NCBI GenBank assembly: GCA_024236155.1
Contig: JACKLA010000001.1
Coordinates: forward strand, 605,298 to 669,297
Source of the DNA: Sphingomonadaceae bacterium
GTDB lineage: Bacteria > Pseudomonadota > Alphaproteobacteria > Sphingomonadales > Sphingomonadaceae
Reading direction: 5' to 3'
Length of the DNA stretch: 64,000 nucleotides
A program made the translations under genes and the position numbers. Shown one piece after another: positions 19,426-28,127 of the stretch (its first letter is position 1; every line of letters starts with the position of its first letter). The notes beneath the pieces were generated by a model. It searched no databases, was not told the DNA's origin, and worked only from the letters and a program-made list of their open reading frames with translations.

Positions 19426-20832
19426 CTATTGCTCTCCCAGATACTCGGCCAGGCCGGCGTCAGCCGGGCGGCGGCGCCGTGCGCCTTCCGCATCGTCTAT
19501 GCGCGCGAACGCATTTTGTACATATCGCACCCCAAGCCAGCGGAAAGGTTCGAATTCCCACCTGGGAGCCCGCGGACGATGGATCGGCAGGCCTTCGAGA
19601 CCGCTCTTCCTGCCGCCGATAAGTCCGGCCAGAAGCTTCGCGCAAAGCGCGCTGGTCGAGACTCCGCGTCCGGTATAGCCATGGAGGGTGGCGATCTTGC
19701 TATCGGGATCGAAGTCGACCGTCGGGAGCCAATCGCGAGGGACGCCGAGATAGCCGCCCCACGCATGGGTGAACGGAATATCGGCGAGTTGCGGCCACCA
19801 TTCGCGCACGCAGTCGCGCATCCATTCGAAAACGGGTTCGTCGCGGATGGCATTCTCGGGCATCGCCGAACCGAAAAGATAGGATGCGCCGCGGCTGCCG
19901 TAGAGAATGCGGCCATCGGCCGTACGCGTGAGATAGTTTTTGGTGTGGACCTGCGAGCTGATGCTCTCGCCTCCGTGCCAGCCGATGTCGCGCCACTGCG
20001 CTTCGGAAAGCGGTGCGGTAAGGACGATCATCGACGACATCGGCAGCAACGAGCGCCGATATCCGGGTATCTCGGTGAGATAGGCTTCGCATGCTGCCAC
20101 GACCGCGCGGCGAGCGCGAACGGTCCCGCCATCCGTGACGATCGCCGCGTCTGCGCCGCTGCGAATGGCGGTTGCCGTCGTGGCCTCGCAAATGCGCGCG
20201 CCGAGGCCTTCGACAGCGCGCGCTAGCCCGCGAACGAACTTGCCCGGATGGACATTGGCGCCATAGGATGCCTCGAGCCCGCCGTAGATGTTCGTCGCGC
20301 GAACCCGGTCAAAGGCTTCGCCGGCATCGAGCAACCGATTGCCTCGGCCAAGGCCAAGCGACTCATAGGTGTTGAGCGTGGAAGCAAGGCCTTCCATCTG
20401 CTGCTGGCTTCGCGCGAGGCTCAACAGACCGGTCGAGCGAAACTCGGCATCGATACCCTCGGCTTCGAGCGTTCCGCCGATCTCCTCGACAATCTCTTGC
20501 TGGGCGATGTTCACATTTCGCGCGACGGTCGTCCCGAAGCGCTTTTTGAGCGGTCCAGGATCGACCGGAAAGCGCGGCGAACACCAGCCGCCATTGCGGC
20601 CCGACGCACCATAGCCGCAGATTTCGCGCTCGACGATCAGGACGTCAAGCGACGGATCATTCTTCAGCAGATAATAGGCTGTCCACAGCCCCGAAAATCC
20701 GCCGCCCAGAATGGCGACGTCGACCTGAATGTCTTCGCGCAGCGGCGGGCGCGGCGTCAGGTCGTCGCCCGACGTTGCGAGCCAGAAATCATTTGCGATC
20801 GGACGCGGCGCGCGTTGCCCGGCATCGCTCAC
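19426..20832 (-). CDS. FAD-dependent oxidoreductase, DAO/PuuB (gamma-glutamylputrescine oxidase)-like
   Basis: GGGFSGLWTA, GASGRNGG, HAWGG, GYTGRGV. Confidence 0.85.
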   Translation of the reverse strand: MSDAGQRAPRPIANDFWLATSGDDLTPRPPLREDIQVDVAILGGGFSGLWTAYYLLKNDPSLDVLIVEREICGYGASGRNGGWCSPRFPVDPGPLKKRFGTTVARNVNIAQQEIVEEIGGTLEAEGIDAEFRSTGLLSLARSQQQMEGLASTLNTYESLGLGRGNRLLDAGEAFDRVRATNIYGGLEASYGANVHPGKFVRGLARAVEGLGARICEATTATAIRSGADAAIVTDGGTVRARRAVVAACEAYLTEIPGYRRSLLPMSSMIVLTAPLSEAQWRDIGWHGGESISSQVHTKNYLTRTADGRILYGSRGASYLFGSAMPENAIRDEPVFEWMRDCVREWWPQLADIPFTHAWGGYLGVPRDWLPTVDFDPDSKIATLHGYTGRGVSTSALCAKLLAGLIGGRKSGLEGLPIHRPRAPRWEFEPFRWLGVRYVQNAFARIDDAEGARRRRPADAGLAEYLGEQ

Positions 20833-21194
20833 GAGGCGCGCACTTCGTCATAGACCATGAAGATCTTGCGGCTGGTTTCGACCACGTCCCACACGCCGGC
20901 GCTGTTTTCGGGAAAATGCGCGACGTCGCCGGCTTCGAAGCGGATCGGGTCGCCGCCCTCGGGCGTGAAGATCGCGACACCGCTCAGGAAATGACAAAAT
21001 TCGGCCTGCTTGATCTGGCGGACCCAGCGCCCAGGCGTGCACTCCCAAACCCCGAGCCGGGTCGTGGCGCGCGAGCTGGAAATCCTGGAAATCGAGCGGA
21101 CTGTCGAAACCGGCTCGCCGAGCGGGACGGGAACCGGCGCAGCGGGTGAGGCATCTTCGAACAGTGAGGCGATGTTGAACACCGTTGCTGTCAT
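20829..21194 (-). CDS. Cupin (DUF861-like)
   Basis: GVWECTPG..EFCHFLSG..AGD..FP..GVW..RK. Confidence 0.85.
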   Translation of the reverse strand: MTATVFNIASLFEDASPAAPVPVPLGEPVSTVRSISRISSSRATTRLGVWECTPGRWVRQIKQAEFCHFLSGVAIFTPEGGDPIRFEAGDVAHFPENSAGVWDVVETSRKIFMVYDEVRAS

Positions 21195-21255
21195 GAGTTA
21201 GGCTCCAAAGTTTATGGAGTTCCGCAGTGGTTCAAAAGACGCCTGGCTAGGAGTT

Positions 21256-21289
21256 GTGAACCGCTCACTCGCAGGTGTGATTTAATCAC
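21256..21289. promoter_or_regulatory. Paired GTGA-N5-TCAC boxes, probable LysR sites
   Basis: GTGAaccgcTCAC (21256-21268) and GTGAtttaaTCAC (21277-21289), 21 bp apart, upstream of the cupin-oxidase genes. Confidence 0.55.
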
Positions 21290-21296
21290 CACCGCG

Positions 21297-22022
21297 TCAG
21301 AGCGGGCTCAGCACCCGATCGAGGAAGAGGCGTGTGCGCTCCGCCGACGGCGCGGTCAGAACCTCACGCGCGGGGCCGTCCTCAAGGATGACACCCTCGT
21401 CGATGAACAGCGCCCGGTCAGCTACCTCGCGCGCGAACGAAATTTCATGGGTCACGACAACCATCGTCATACCGTCCTGCGTGAGCTCGCGCATGACCGC
21501 GAGCACCTCTCCGACCCGTTCAGGGTCGAGCGCCGAGGTCGGTTCGTCGAACAGGATCGCCTGAGGACCCATGGCGAGGGCGCGCGCGATGCCGATACGC
21601 TGCTGCTGTCCGCCCGACAATTGACCGGGGTAGGCGTCGGCGCGATCGGCAAGGTCGACCCGCTTCAGCAACTCCATGGCCCGAAGCCGCGCGGACTCGG
21701 CATCCTCGCCGAGCACCTGGACCGGACCTTCGATGATATTCTCGATAACCGTGCGGTGCGGAAACAGGTTGAAGCGCTGGAATACCATCGAAACCTTGCG
21801 CCGGATGGCGGGCAGGGCGGCGTCAGTCAGCAGCGTACCATCGACGGTGATCGTGCCGGCGTCGTGACGTTCGAGCCCGTTGATCGTCCGCAGGATCGTC
21901 GATTTTCCTGAACCCGACGGACCGATGAGACAGGCGACTTCACCGGCGGCGATCGAAAAGCTCACATCGCGAAGGACCTGCCGCGTGCCGAAGGACTTGG
22001 CTATATTCTTGAGTTCGATCAT
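21297..22022 (-). CDS. Polar amino acid ABC transporter ATP-binding protein
   Basis: GPSGSGKST, LSGGQQQR, LFDEPTSALDPE, VVTHE; start MIELKN. Confidence 0.93.
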   Translation of the reverse strand: MIELKNIAKSFGTRQVLRDVSFSIAAGEVACLIGPSGSGKSTILRTINGLERHDAGTITVDGTLLTDAALPAIRRKVSMVFQRFNLFPHRTVIENIIEGPVQVLGEDAESARLRAMELLKRVDLADRADAYPGQLSGGQQQRIGIARALAMGPQAILFDEPTSALDPERVGEVLAVMRELTQDGMTMVVVTHEISFAREVADRALFIDEGVILEDGPAREVLTAPSAERTRLFLDRVLSPL

Positions 22023-22672
22023 CGCCAAGCGGCCTTTTTCTCGAGTGCACGAACGGCCATCGCAAGCGGAATGCTCGCGGCCAGATAGAGCAGGGCGATC
22101 AGCACATAGACCGTCCCGTTCTTGAAGGTCGAAATCGCGAGCAATTGACCCGAGCGCGTCAGTTCGGCGACCGTGATGGTGGAGGCAATGGAGGAGTCCT
22201 TCAGCAGCATCACCGTCGTGTTGCCGAACGAGGGCAGAGCAGTTCGCAGTCCGAGCGGCATCACGACGCGGCGCGTCACCTGCGCCCGCGACATTCCGAG
22301 GGCCGTGCCGGCTTCGACAAGCTGCTTGTCGACCGATTCGAACCCGCCGCGCAGATTCTCGGCCTGGTAGACCGAATAGGCGATACCGAGCCCGACGGCG
22401 CCCGCAACGAAAGGATCGAGGTCGATGCCCCACTCGGGAAGCACGAAGTAGACGCAGAAAAGCTGGACGATGATCGGGATGCCGCGCACCGTGTTGACGA
22501 CAATCTTGTTCGTCCAGCGAAGCGGGGCGTGCTGCGACAATCCCATGAGCGCCCAGACAAGCCCCAGCGCGAGGCTCACTGCGAGCGCGCAGAGGGTGAG
22601 AAGGATGGTGGTGACAAGCCCCCGCCCGAGAACGGGCAGGAAAGCTATCGCGTCGGTCATGAATTCGGACAT
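22019..22672 (-). CDS. Polar amino acid ABC transporter permease
   Basis: VRGIPIIVQL, AENLRGG, EAGTALGMS, LLKDSS. Confidence 0.93.
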   Translation of the reverse strand: MSEFMTDAIAFLPVLGRGLVTTILLTLCALAVSLALGLVWALMGLSQHAPLRWTNKIVVNTVRGIPIIVQLFCVYFVLPEWGIDLDPFVAGAVGLGIAYSVYQAENLRGGFESVDKQLVEAGTALGMSRAQVTRRVVMPLGLRTALPSFGNTTVMLLKDSSIASTITVAELTRSGQLLAISTFKNGTVYVLIALLYLAASIPLAMAVRALEKKAAWR

Positions 22673-22679
22673 GATCTGC

Positions 22680-23435
22680 CTAGAGTCCCCATTTTCGGTT
22701 GATTGCGGGAATGGCCGCGGCGGACAGCCGTTCGATGGCCGCGTTGACGCGGTCGAGGCGCGGGTCGCGCTTTCGCATCACTAGACAAAGCTCCTCGAGT
22801 GCCGGGGGACGAAAGCCCTCGATGATCCTGACATTGCGTTTCGTCCCGACGCGAAGCTGGTAACGCAGGATCGGCTCGTCGCCATAGGCCACGGCGATGC
22901 GGCCGTTCTCGAGATCGCGCAGAATGTCGACGAGCGATTCATAGGTCGCTACATTTCGGGCGCCCGCCGCGTGGAGCTGGTCGATGAACCGCGATCCGAC
23001 CTGCGCGCCCACGCGGAGCGAGCCGATTTCGGAAAGCGTGGCGAAGCTTCGCCTGTTGTCCTTCGACACCACGAGCGCACCGGCATAATGATAGATCGGA
23101 TTGCTGAAACTCACGACGCGTTCGCGCTCGGGCGTGCGGAGCATGGCGGCCGCGATGACGTCGATCTTGTTGGCGAGAAGTGAAGGAATGAGAGCGGAGA
23201 AGGGCGTGATCGCGGTTTCCGGCCGGAAGCCGGCATCGCGCGCGACCGCGGTCGCCGCATCCACCATAGAACCCGTCAGCTCATTCGACCAGGGATCGAC
23301 GAAACTGAAGGGGACGCCGGTGGGCGAAGAGCCGATGACGACCGAGAGCGGATCCCGTTCGCGACGCCGACACCCTGCAAGCAAAGCCCCCGCCAGGGGA
23401 AACCACATCATGTCTCGTCGGGAAAAGCTCCTCAC
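22680..23435 (-). CDS. ABC substrate-binding protein (family 3)
   Basis: SRRD leader and LAGC lipobox; PFSF, FSALIPSL..KID, TPERERVVSFS. Confidence 0.88.
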   Translation of the reverse strand: MRSFSRRDMMWFPLAGALLAGCRRRERDPLSVVIGSSPTGVPFSFVDPWSNELTGSMVDAATAVARDAGFRPETAITPFSALIPSLLANKIDVIAAAMLRTPERERVVSFSNPIYHYAGALVVSKDNRRSFATLSEIGSLRVGAQVGSRFIDQLHAAGARNVATYESLVDILRDLENGRIAVAYGDEPILRYQLRVGTKRNVRIIEGFRPPALEELCLVMRKRDPRLDRVNAAIERLSAAAIPAINRKWGL

Positions 23436-24889
23436 TTCGCTTTTATCTCGGCCGCGATCAGTTTGAGGGAAACATAGTCGTCGACACCGAATTGTGATCC
23501 TTCGCGGCCGAAGCCGGATTCCTTGATACCGCCGAAGGGGGCGACTTCGGTCGATACCGCACCGGTGTTAAGTCCGACTATCCCATACGCCAGACCTTCG
23601 CTCACGCGCACTCCCCGGTCGTGATCGTTCGTAAAGACATAGGCAGCGAGGCCGGCCGTTGTCGCGTTCGCGATCCGAATGGCGTCGGCTTCCTCGTCGA
23701 ACCGGATGAGGCCGGCAAGCGGACCGAATGTTTCCTCACGTGCGAGGAGGGCGTCCTCGGGCACGTCCACCAGCAGCGCGGCGCGGGCGAAATGTCCGCC
23801 GGCCGGTCCTGTGACCTGTCCTCTGGCGATTATGCGCGCACCTCGCGCGACGGCATCGTCGCGGTGCGCCGTGACCTTCCGCACCGCGTCGGCGTTGATC
23901 AGTGGTCCCTGGTTCGTCTCATCGGCAAGACCGTCGCCGGCGGAGAGCTTCGCGACCTCGGACGCCAGCGCCGCCGCAAAGCGATCGTAGATGCCATGCT
24001 GCACGAGAATGCGATTGGCGCAGACGCAGGTCTGACCGCTGTTCCTGAACTTGGAGGCCATCGCCCCCGACACCGCCGCGTCGATATCGGCGTCGTCGAA
24101 GACGATGAAGGGCGCGTTCCCGCCAAGTTCGAGCGAGACGCGCTTGACGGTGCCCATGCATTTCGCGGCGAGCATTTTTCCGACCGGGGTCGACCCGGTG
24201 AAGCTGAATTTTCGAACGCGCGGATCGGTCGTCAGCACGTCGCCGATGGCGGGTGCGTCGCCCGAGACGATGTTGAACACGCCTGCGGCGATGCCCGCGG
24301 CGTCGGCGAGGACGGCGAGTGCGATGGCGGAGAGCGGTGTGAGTTCGGAAGGCTTCAGCACTACGGTACAGCCCGCAGCCAGCGCCGGTCCGACCTTGCG
24401 CGTGATCATCGCGGCGGGAAAGTTCCAGGGCGTAATGGCGGCGACGACACCGACCGGCTGGCGGATGACCGTGAGGCGGCGGGATGCCGAGTTACCGGGA
24501 ATGACCGTGCCGTTGATCCGCCTGGCTTCCTCGGCAAACCAGCTGATGAACGACGCCGCATAGGCAATCTCGCCGCGCGATTCCGCGAGGGGCTTCCCCT
24601 GTTCGAGCGTCATCAGGCGCGCAAGATCTTCCGTATTCGCGACGATGAGGTCGTGCCAGCGGCGAAGAAATTGCGCGCGGTCGCCGGCTCCGAGTGCTGC
24701 CCATGCGGGCAACGCGGCGCTCGCTGCGTCGACCGCGAGGCTGGCCGATTGCGAGCCGTGCCGCGCGACGTGCGCGATCGTTTCTCCCGACGCCGGATTC
24801 TGGACGCTATAGCTTTCCTCACTGCCCTGCCAGGCGCCGCCGATGTAGGCTTCGGTGCGGAGAAGTTCGGGGTTGGCGAGGTCGATCAT
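23432..24889 (-). CDS. gabD: NAD(P)-dependent succinate-semialdehyde dehydrogenase
   Basis: ITPWNFP, SFTGST, LELGGNAP, KFRNSGQTCVC, EETFGP. Confidence 0.92.
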   Translation of the reverse strand: MIDLANPELLRTEAYIGGAWQGSEESYSVQNPASGETIAHVARHGSQSASLAVDAASAALPAWAALGAGDRAQFLRRWHDLIVANTEDLARLMTLEQGKPLAESRGEIAYAASFISWFAEEARRINGTVIPGNSASRRLTVIRQPVGVVAAITPWNFPAAMITRKVGPALAAGCTVVLKPSELTPLSAIALAVLADAAGIAAGVFNIVSGDAPAIGDVLTTDPRVRKFSFTGSTPVGKMLAAKCMGTVKRVSLELGGNAPFIVFDDADIDAAVSGAMASKFRNSGQTCVCANRILVQHGIYDRFAAALASEVAKLSAGDGLADETNQGPLINADAVRKVTAHRDDAVARGARIIARGQVTGPAGGHFARAALLVDVPEDALLAREETFGPLAGLIRFDEEADAIRIANATTAGLAAYVFTNDHDRGVRVSEGLAYGIVGLNTGAVSTEVAPFGGIKESGFGREGSQFGVDDYVSLKLIAAEIKAK

Positions 24890-26163
24890 AGTCGCAGGGC
24901 CCGCTCGATGGCCGCAAGACCTTGGCTTACGATCGCCTCGGGTGCGGTCAGCGGGACGAGAATGCGGATCGTCTCGCCGAATGTTCCGCAAGCGAGAAGA
25001 ATCAGACCCTCGTCAGCTGCGCGGTTGGTGACGGCCTTCGCGCCGTTCGACGAGATGGCGGTGCCGCCACGGGTTTCGAGGATATCGAAGGCGACCATCG
25101 CGCCCAGCCCACGAATGTTTCCAATCGGCATGAGATCGTCCCGCTCGGCGAGGTCCCGAAGATAGGAGCTCAGATGTTCGCCGATGAGGTTCGCCCGATC
25201 GAGCAGGCCTTCGTCCTCGATGATGTCGAGAACGGCGAGACCTGCGGCGCAGCCGAGCGGAGAGCCGCCATAGGTGCCGCCGAGGCCGCCGGGTTCGACC
25301 TTGTCCATGATCGACGCCCGCCCGATGATCCCAGAAATCGGCAGGCCGCCCGCCATCGACTTCGCGAGCGTGACCAGGTCGGGCTCGATGCCGCTATGCT
25401 CGACGGCGAACATCTTGCCGGTGCGTGCGAAGCCTGTCTGCACCTCGTCCGCGATCAGGACGATACCGAACTCGTCACAGATCTTGCGCAGGCTGGCGAA
25501 CAGTTCGGGCGGCGCGGCGTGAAAACCGCCTTCTCCCTGGACGGGCTCGAGAATGATCGCGGCGATTTCCTCGGGCGGCATATCCGCGCCGAACAGGAAC
25601 TGAAGCGCGCGCAAACTGTCATCGACCGTTACGCCGAGGTGCGGCACTGGGAAGGGGAGATGATAGATATGCGGAACCGGCGCGCCGTGGCCGCGCTTAT
25701 AGGGGGTCACCTTGCCGGTCAGCGCCATGGTCAGCGCCGTGCGCCCGTGGAAGCCGCCCGTAAATGCGATGACGCCCTGACGCCCCGTCGCCGCGCGCGC
25801 GATCTTCACGGCATTTTCGACAGCCTCGGCGCCGGTCGTAAGGAGCAGCGTTCGCGCTTCTTCCTCGAAGGGAGCGAGTGCGTTCAGTCGTTCTGCAAGT
25901 TCGACATAGGGCTCATAGGCCGTCACCTGGAAGGCGACGTGCAGATAGCTGTCGAGCTGCTCCTTGACCGCCGCCATGACCCTGGGATGTCGATGCCCGA
26001 CATTCAGCACCGCGATGCCACCGGCGAAATCGACATAGCGATTGCCGTCGGCGTCCCAGACCTCGGCGTTTTCGGCGCGAGCGACGAAAACGGGCAATGC
26101 GGTTGCCACGCCTCGGGGCACCGCCGCCGCGCGGCGATTCAGCAATTCGATATTGAGCGACAT
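24886..26163 (-). CDS. gabT: 4-aminobutyrate aminotransferase
   Basis: DFAGGIAV, TGAEAVENA, EPVQGEGG, DEVQTG, AKSMAGG, GGTYGG. Confidence 0.92.
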   Translation of the reverse strand: MSLNIELLNRRAAAVPRGVATALPVFVARAENAEVWDADGNRYVDFAGGIAVLNVGHRHPRVMAAVKEQLDSYLHVAFQVTAYEPYVELAERLNALAPFEEEARTLLLTTGAEAVENAVKIARAATGRQGVIAFTGGFHGRTALTMALTGKVTPYKRGHGAPVPHIYHLPFPVPHLGVTVDDSLRALQFLFGADMPPEEIAAIILEPVQGEGGFHAAPPELFASLRKICDEFGIVLIADEVQTGFARTGKMFAVEHSGIEPDLVTLAKSMAGGLPISGIIGRASIMDKVEPGGLGGTYGGSPLGCAAGLAVLDIIEDEGLLDRANLIGEHLSSYLRDLAERDDLMPIGNIRGLGAMVAFDILETRGGTAISSNGAKAVTNRAADEGLILLACGTFGETIRILVPLTAPEAIVSQGLAAIERALRL

Positions 26164-26219
26164 GGGACCCTACCTTTCGCCGAAACATTCGGCGACCGGC
26201 CCCCCGTCTTGCAAGTTGA

Positions 26220-27242
26220 CTAACCCCTCGCAGGCGTTGATTTCAGGTCACCAGATGGACACTGAGAAAGTTCGCGCTCGATCCAGCGCCGGAAGTTGGC
26301 AAGCGCTTCACCCCGCCACCGTGAACGGCGGCTTGTGAGCATGTAGGAGCCGAGAAAGACCGGGTCGAAGGTCCCGACCTCGACAAGCTCGCCTTTGCGC
26401 AGGCTGTCGTCGACAAGAAGCGCATTGGCGAGGGCAATGCCCTGCCCGCGCCGGGCCGCCGCAAGGGTAAGGTGGCCCTGCCAGAAGCGAGGACCATCGA
26501 GCTTGCCTTCGCTATCGACGCCATGCTGCTCGAACCAGCGGCGCCATTGATCGATGCTTGCTTCGTGGAGCAGCGAAGCGCCCAGAAGATCTGAGGGTTG
26601 CGAGAAGGCAGCCTGACCAGCGAGGAATTTGGGACTCGCGACGGCAAGGATCGGCGGGCGGGTCAGCGCCACCGAGCGGAAGGCATCCTCCTCCTCGGCA
26701 CTCGTTCCGTCGATGACATAATGGATATGGGCATCGACATTGTGGTCGATGGCGCCGGCAGCAGTTTCGATCGGTTGAAGTTCTATCTGGATGTCGGGAA
26801 AATCGGCGGTGAAATCGCCGATGCGGCCGGTTAGCCATTCGGAGGCGAGGCCAGGGGCGCACCAGAGCACCAGTTGCTTGTTGTCGAGGCGCGGCTTGAA
26901 TTCCATCGCAGCGAGCGCGATGTCGTTGAGTGCGCGCGTGATGGCGACGTGGAAGCGGTGCCCCGTTTCGGTCAGTTGCCCGTTGGTCCCCGACCCGCGA
27001 TCGAAGAGCGGAGTGCCGGCCCATTCCTCGAGCGCGCGCAAATGGCGGCTGATAGCCGCGTGATCGATCGACAGGACGTCCGCCGCGCGCCGAATTCCCC
27101 CGCAGGTCCCGATCGCTTCGAAGGCTTTCAGCGCGGCGAAGGGCGGCAGTGCCCGCCGCTGCTCCGGCGACAGGCCGTAAGGCGCGACCTTCGGGCGCGG
27201 CCCGGAAGCCCCGCGCTGCTTTCCTTTTGCAGTCGTTGTCAT
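26220..27242 (-). CDS. LysR (GcvA-like) transcriptional regulator
   Basis: LPPFAALKAFEA..AISRHLRALEEWAG; start reset to MTTTAK. Confidence 0.9.
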   Translation of the reverse strand: MTTTAKGKQRGASGPRPKVAPYGLSPEQRRALPPFAALKAFEAIGTCGGIRRAADVLSIDHAAISRHLRALEEWAGTPLFDRGSGTNGQLTETGHRFHVAITRALNDIALAAMEFKPRLDNKQLVLWCAPGLASEWLTGRIGDFTADFPDIQIELQPIETAAGAIDHNVDAHIHYVIDGTSAEEEDAFRSVALTRPPILAVASPKFLAGQAAFSQPSDLLGASLLHEASIDQWRRWFEQHGVDSEGKLDGPRFWQGHLTLAAARRGQGIALANALLVDDSLRKGELVEVGTFDPVFLGSYMLTSRRSRWRGEALANFRRWIERELSQCPSGDLKSTPARG

Positions 27243-27312
27243 GGGGCGGCGATAGCATTCTCGGCTTTGCGAGTCATGGGTCGAGGTGCGTTCGACTCTG
27301 TGGCATTGCGGG

Positions 27313-28002
27313 CTATTCGGCCGCCGCCGCAGGCGGGCTCCATTCGTCCCTGAGGGAGTGCATCTGTTCCGGGGTGATCTTCTCGGCAATATCAATGAAG
27401 GTGTGGATCGCAATTGCCGCAATGTCGCTCATACGGTCGGCATAAGGTTTCCCATAACCCGCGAAGATCGTCGAGCCTTCTACGAAGCTTGAGTAAAAAA
27501 TGCAGAGCGTTTCAGCGTCGGTCTCGGACAATGCCGGGTTCAGACGGCGGAGGAGTGCAATCATTCGCACCCGGGCGCGCCTGTAGAATTCCTGGACGCT
27601 GTCGTTCACCACCGGGTCGTGATTGGCCATCGACCAGAGCTCGGGAAAGAGATGGGTCGTCTCGAAGGTCTGGATATCGCGAAGGATGGTGACGATCGCC
27701 GCCCGAAACTGCGCCCGGTCGCCGCCCTCCGTCGCCGTGACGAGCCGATCGGAGCGGTCCGAATAGCCCGCCATCACCGCGTCCAGCAAACCGCGGACCA
27801 GGTCCTCCTTCGTCGGAAAATGATAGGAAATATGTTCGACCTTGAGCCCCGACTCCTGCTCGACCCTCCTGAAGGTCAGGGCGGCGTAGCCGTCGTTAAC
27901 AAGCACCTTGAGGGCAGCCTCGAGGATTTGCTCGATCGTTTCGGCCGAGCGCTCATAGTTTCCCGGCTTGAGGACGATTTTAAGCCATTTGTTGCTGCCC
28001 AT
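27313..28002 (-). CDS. TetR-family regulator
   Basis: ILEAALKVL..GYAALT..SYHFPTKEDL; divergent from the acylase. Confidence 0.9.
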   Translation of the reverse strand: MGSNKWLKIVLKPGNYERSAETIEQILEAALKVLVNDGYAALTFRRVEQESGLKVEHISYHFPTKEDLVRGLLDAVMAGYSDRSDRLVTATEGGDRAQFRAAIVTILRDIQTFETTHLFPELWSMANHDPVVNDSVQEFYRRARVRMIALLRRLNPALSETDAETLCIFYSSFVEGSTIFAGYGKPYADRMSDIAAIAIHTFIDIAEKITPEQMHSLRDEWSPPAAAAE

Positions 28003-28046
28003 GTTGCTTCATTGCCACAAAACATCCCTTTGCGTGATAAAAAAAT

Positions 28047-28080
28047 TATGATGCTTGTCATAGATATGATGTTTGTCCTA
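28047..28080. promoter_or_regulatory. Tandem 16-bp palindromic operators (probably TetR)
   Basis: TATGAtgcttgTCATA (28047-28062) and TATGAtgtttgTCCTA (28065-28080) between the divergent tetR and acylase genes. Confidence 0.7.
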
Positions 28081-28127
28081 AATCTGAGTCGAGCTCGGCA
28101 AACGGGCGGTCATCGGGAGAGGGAATT

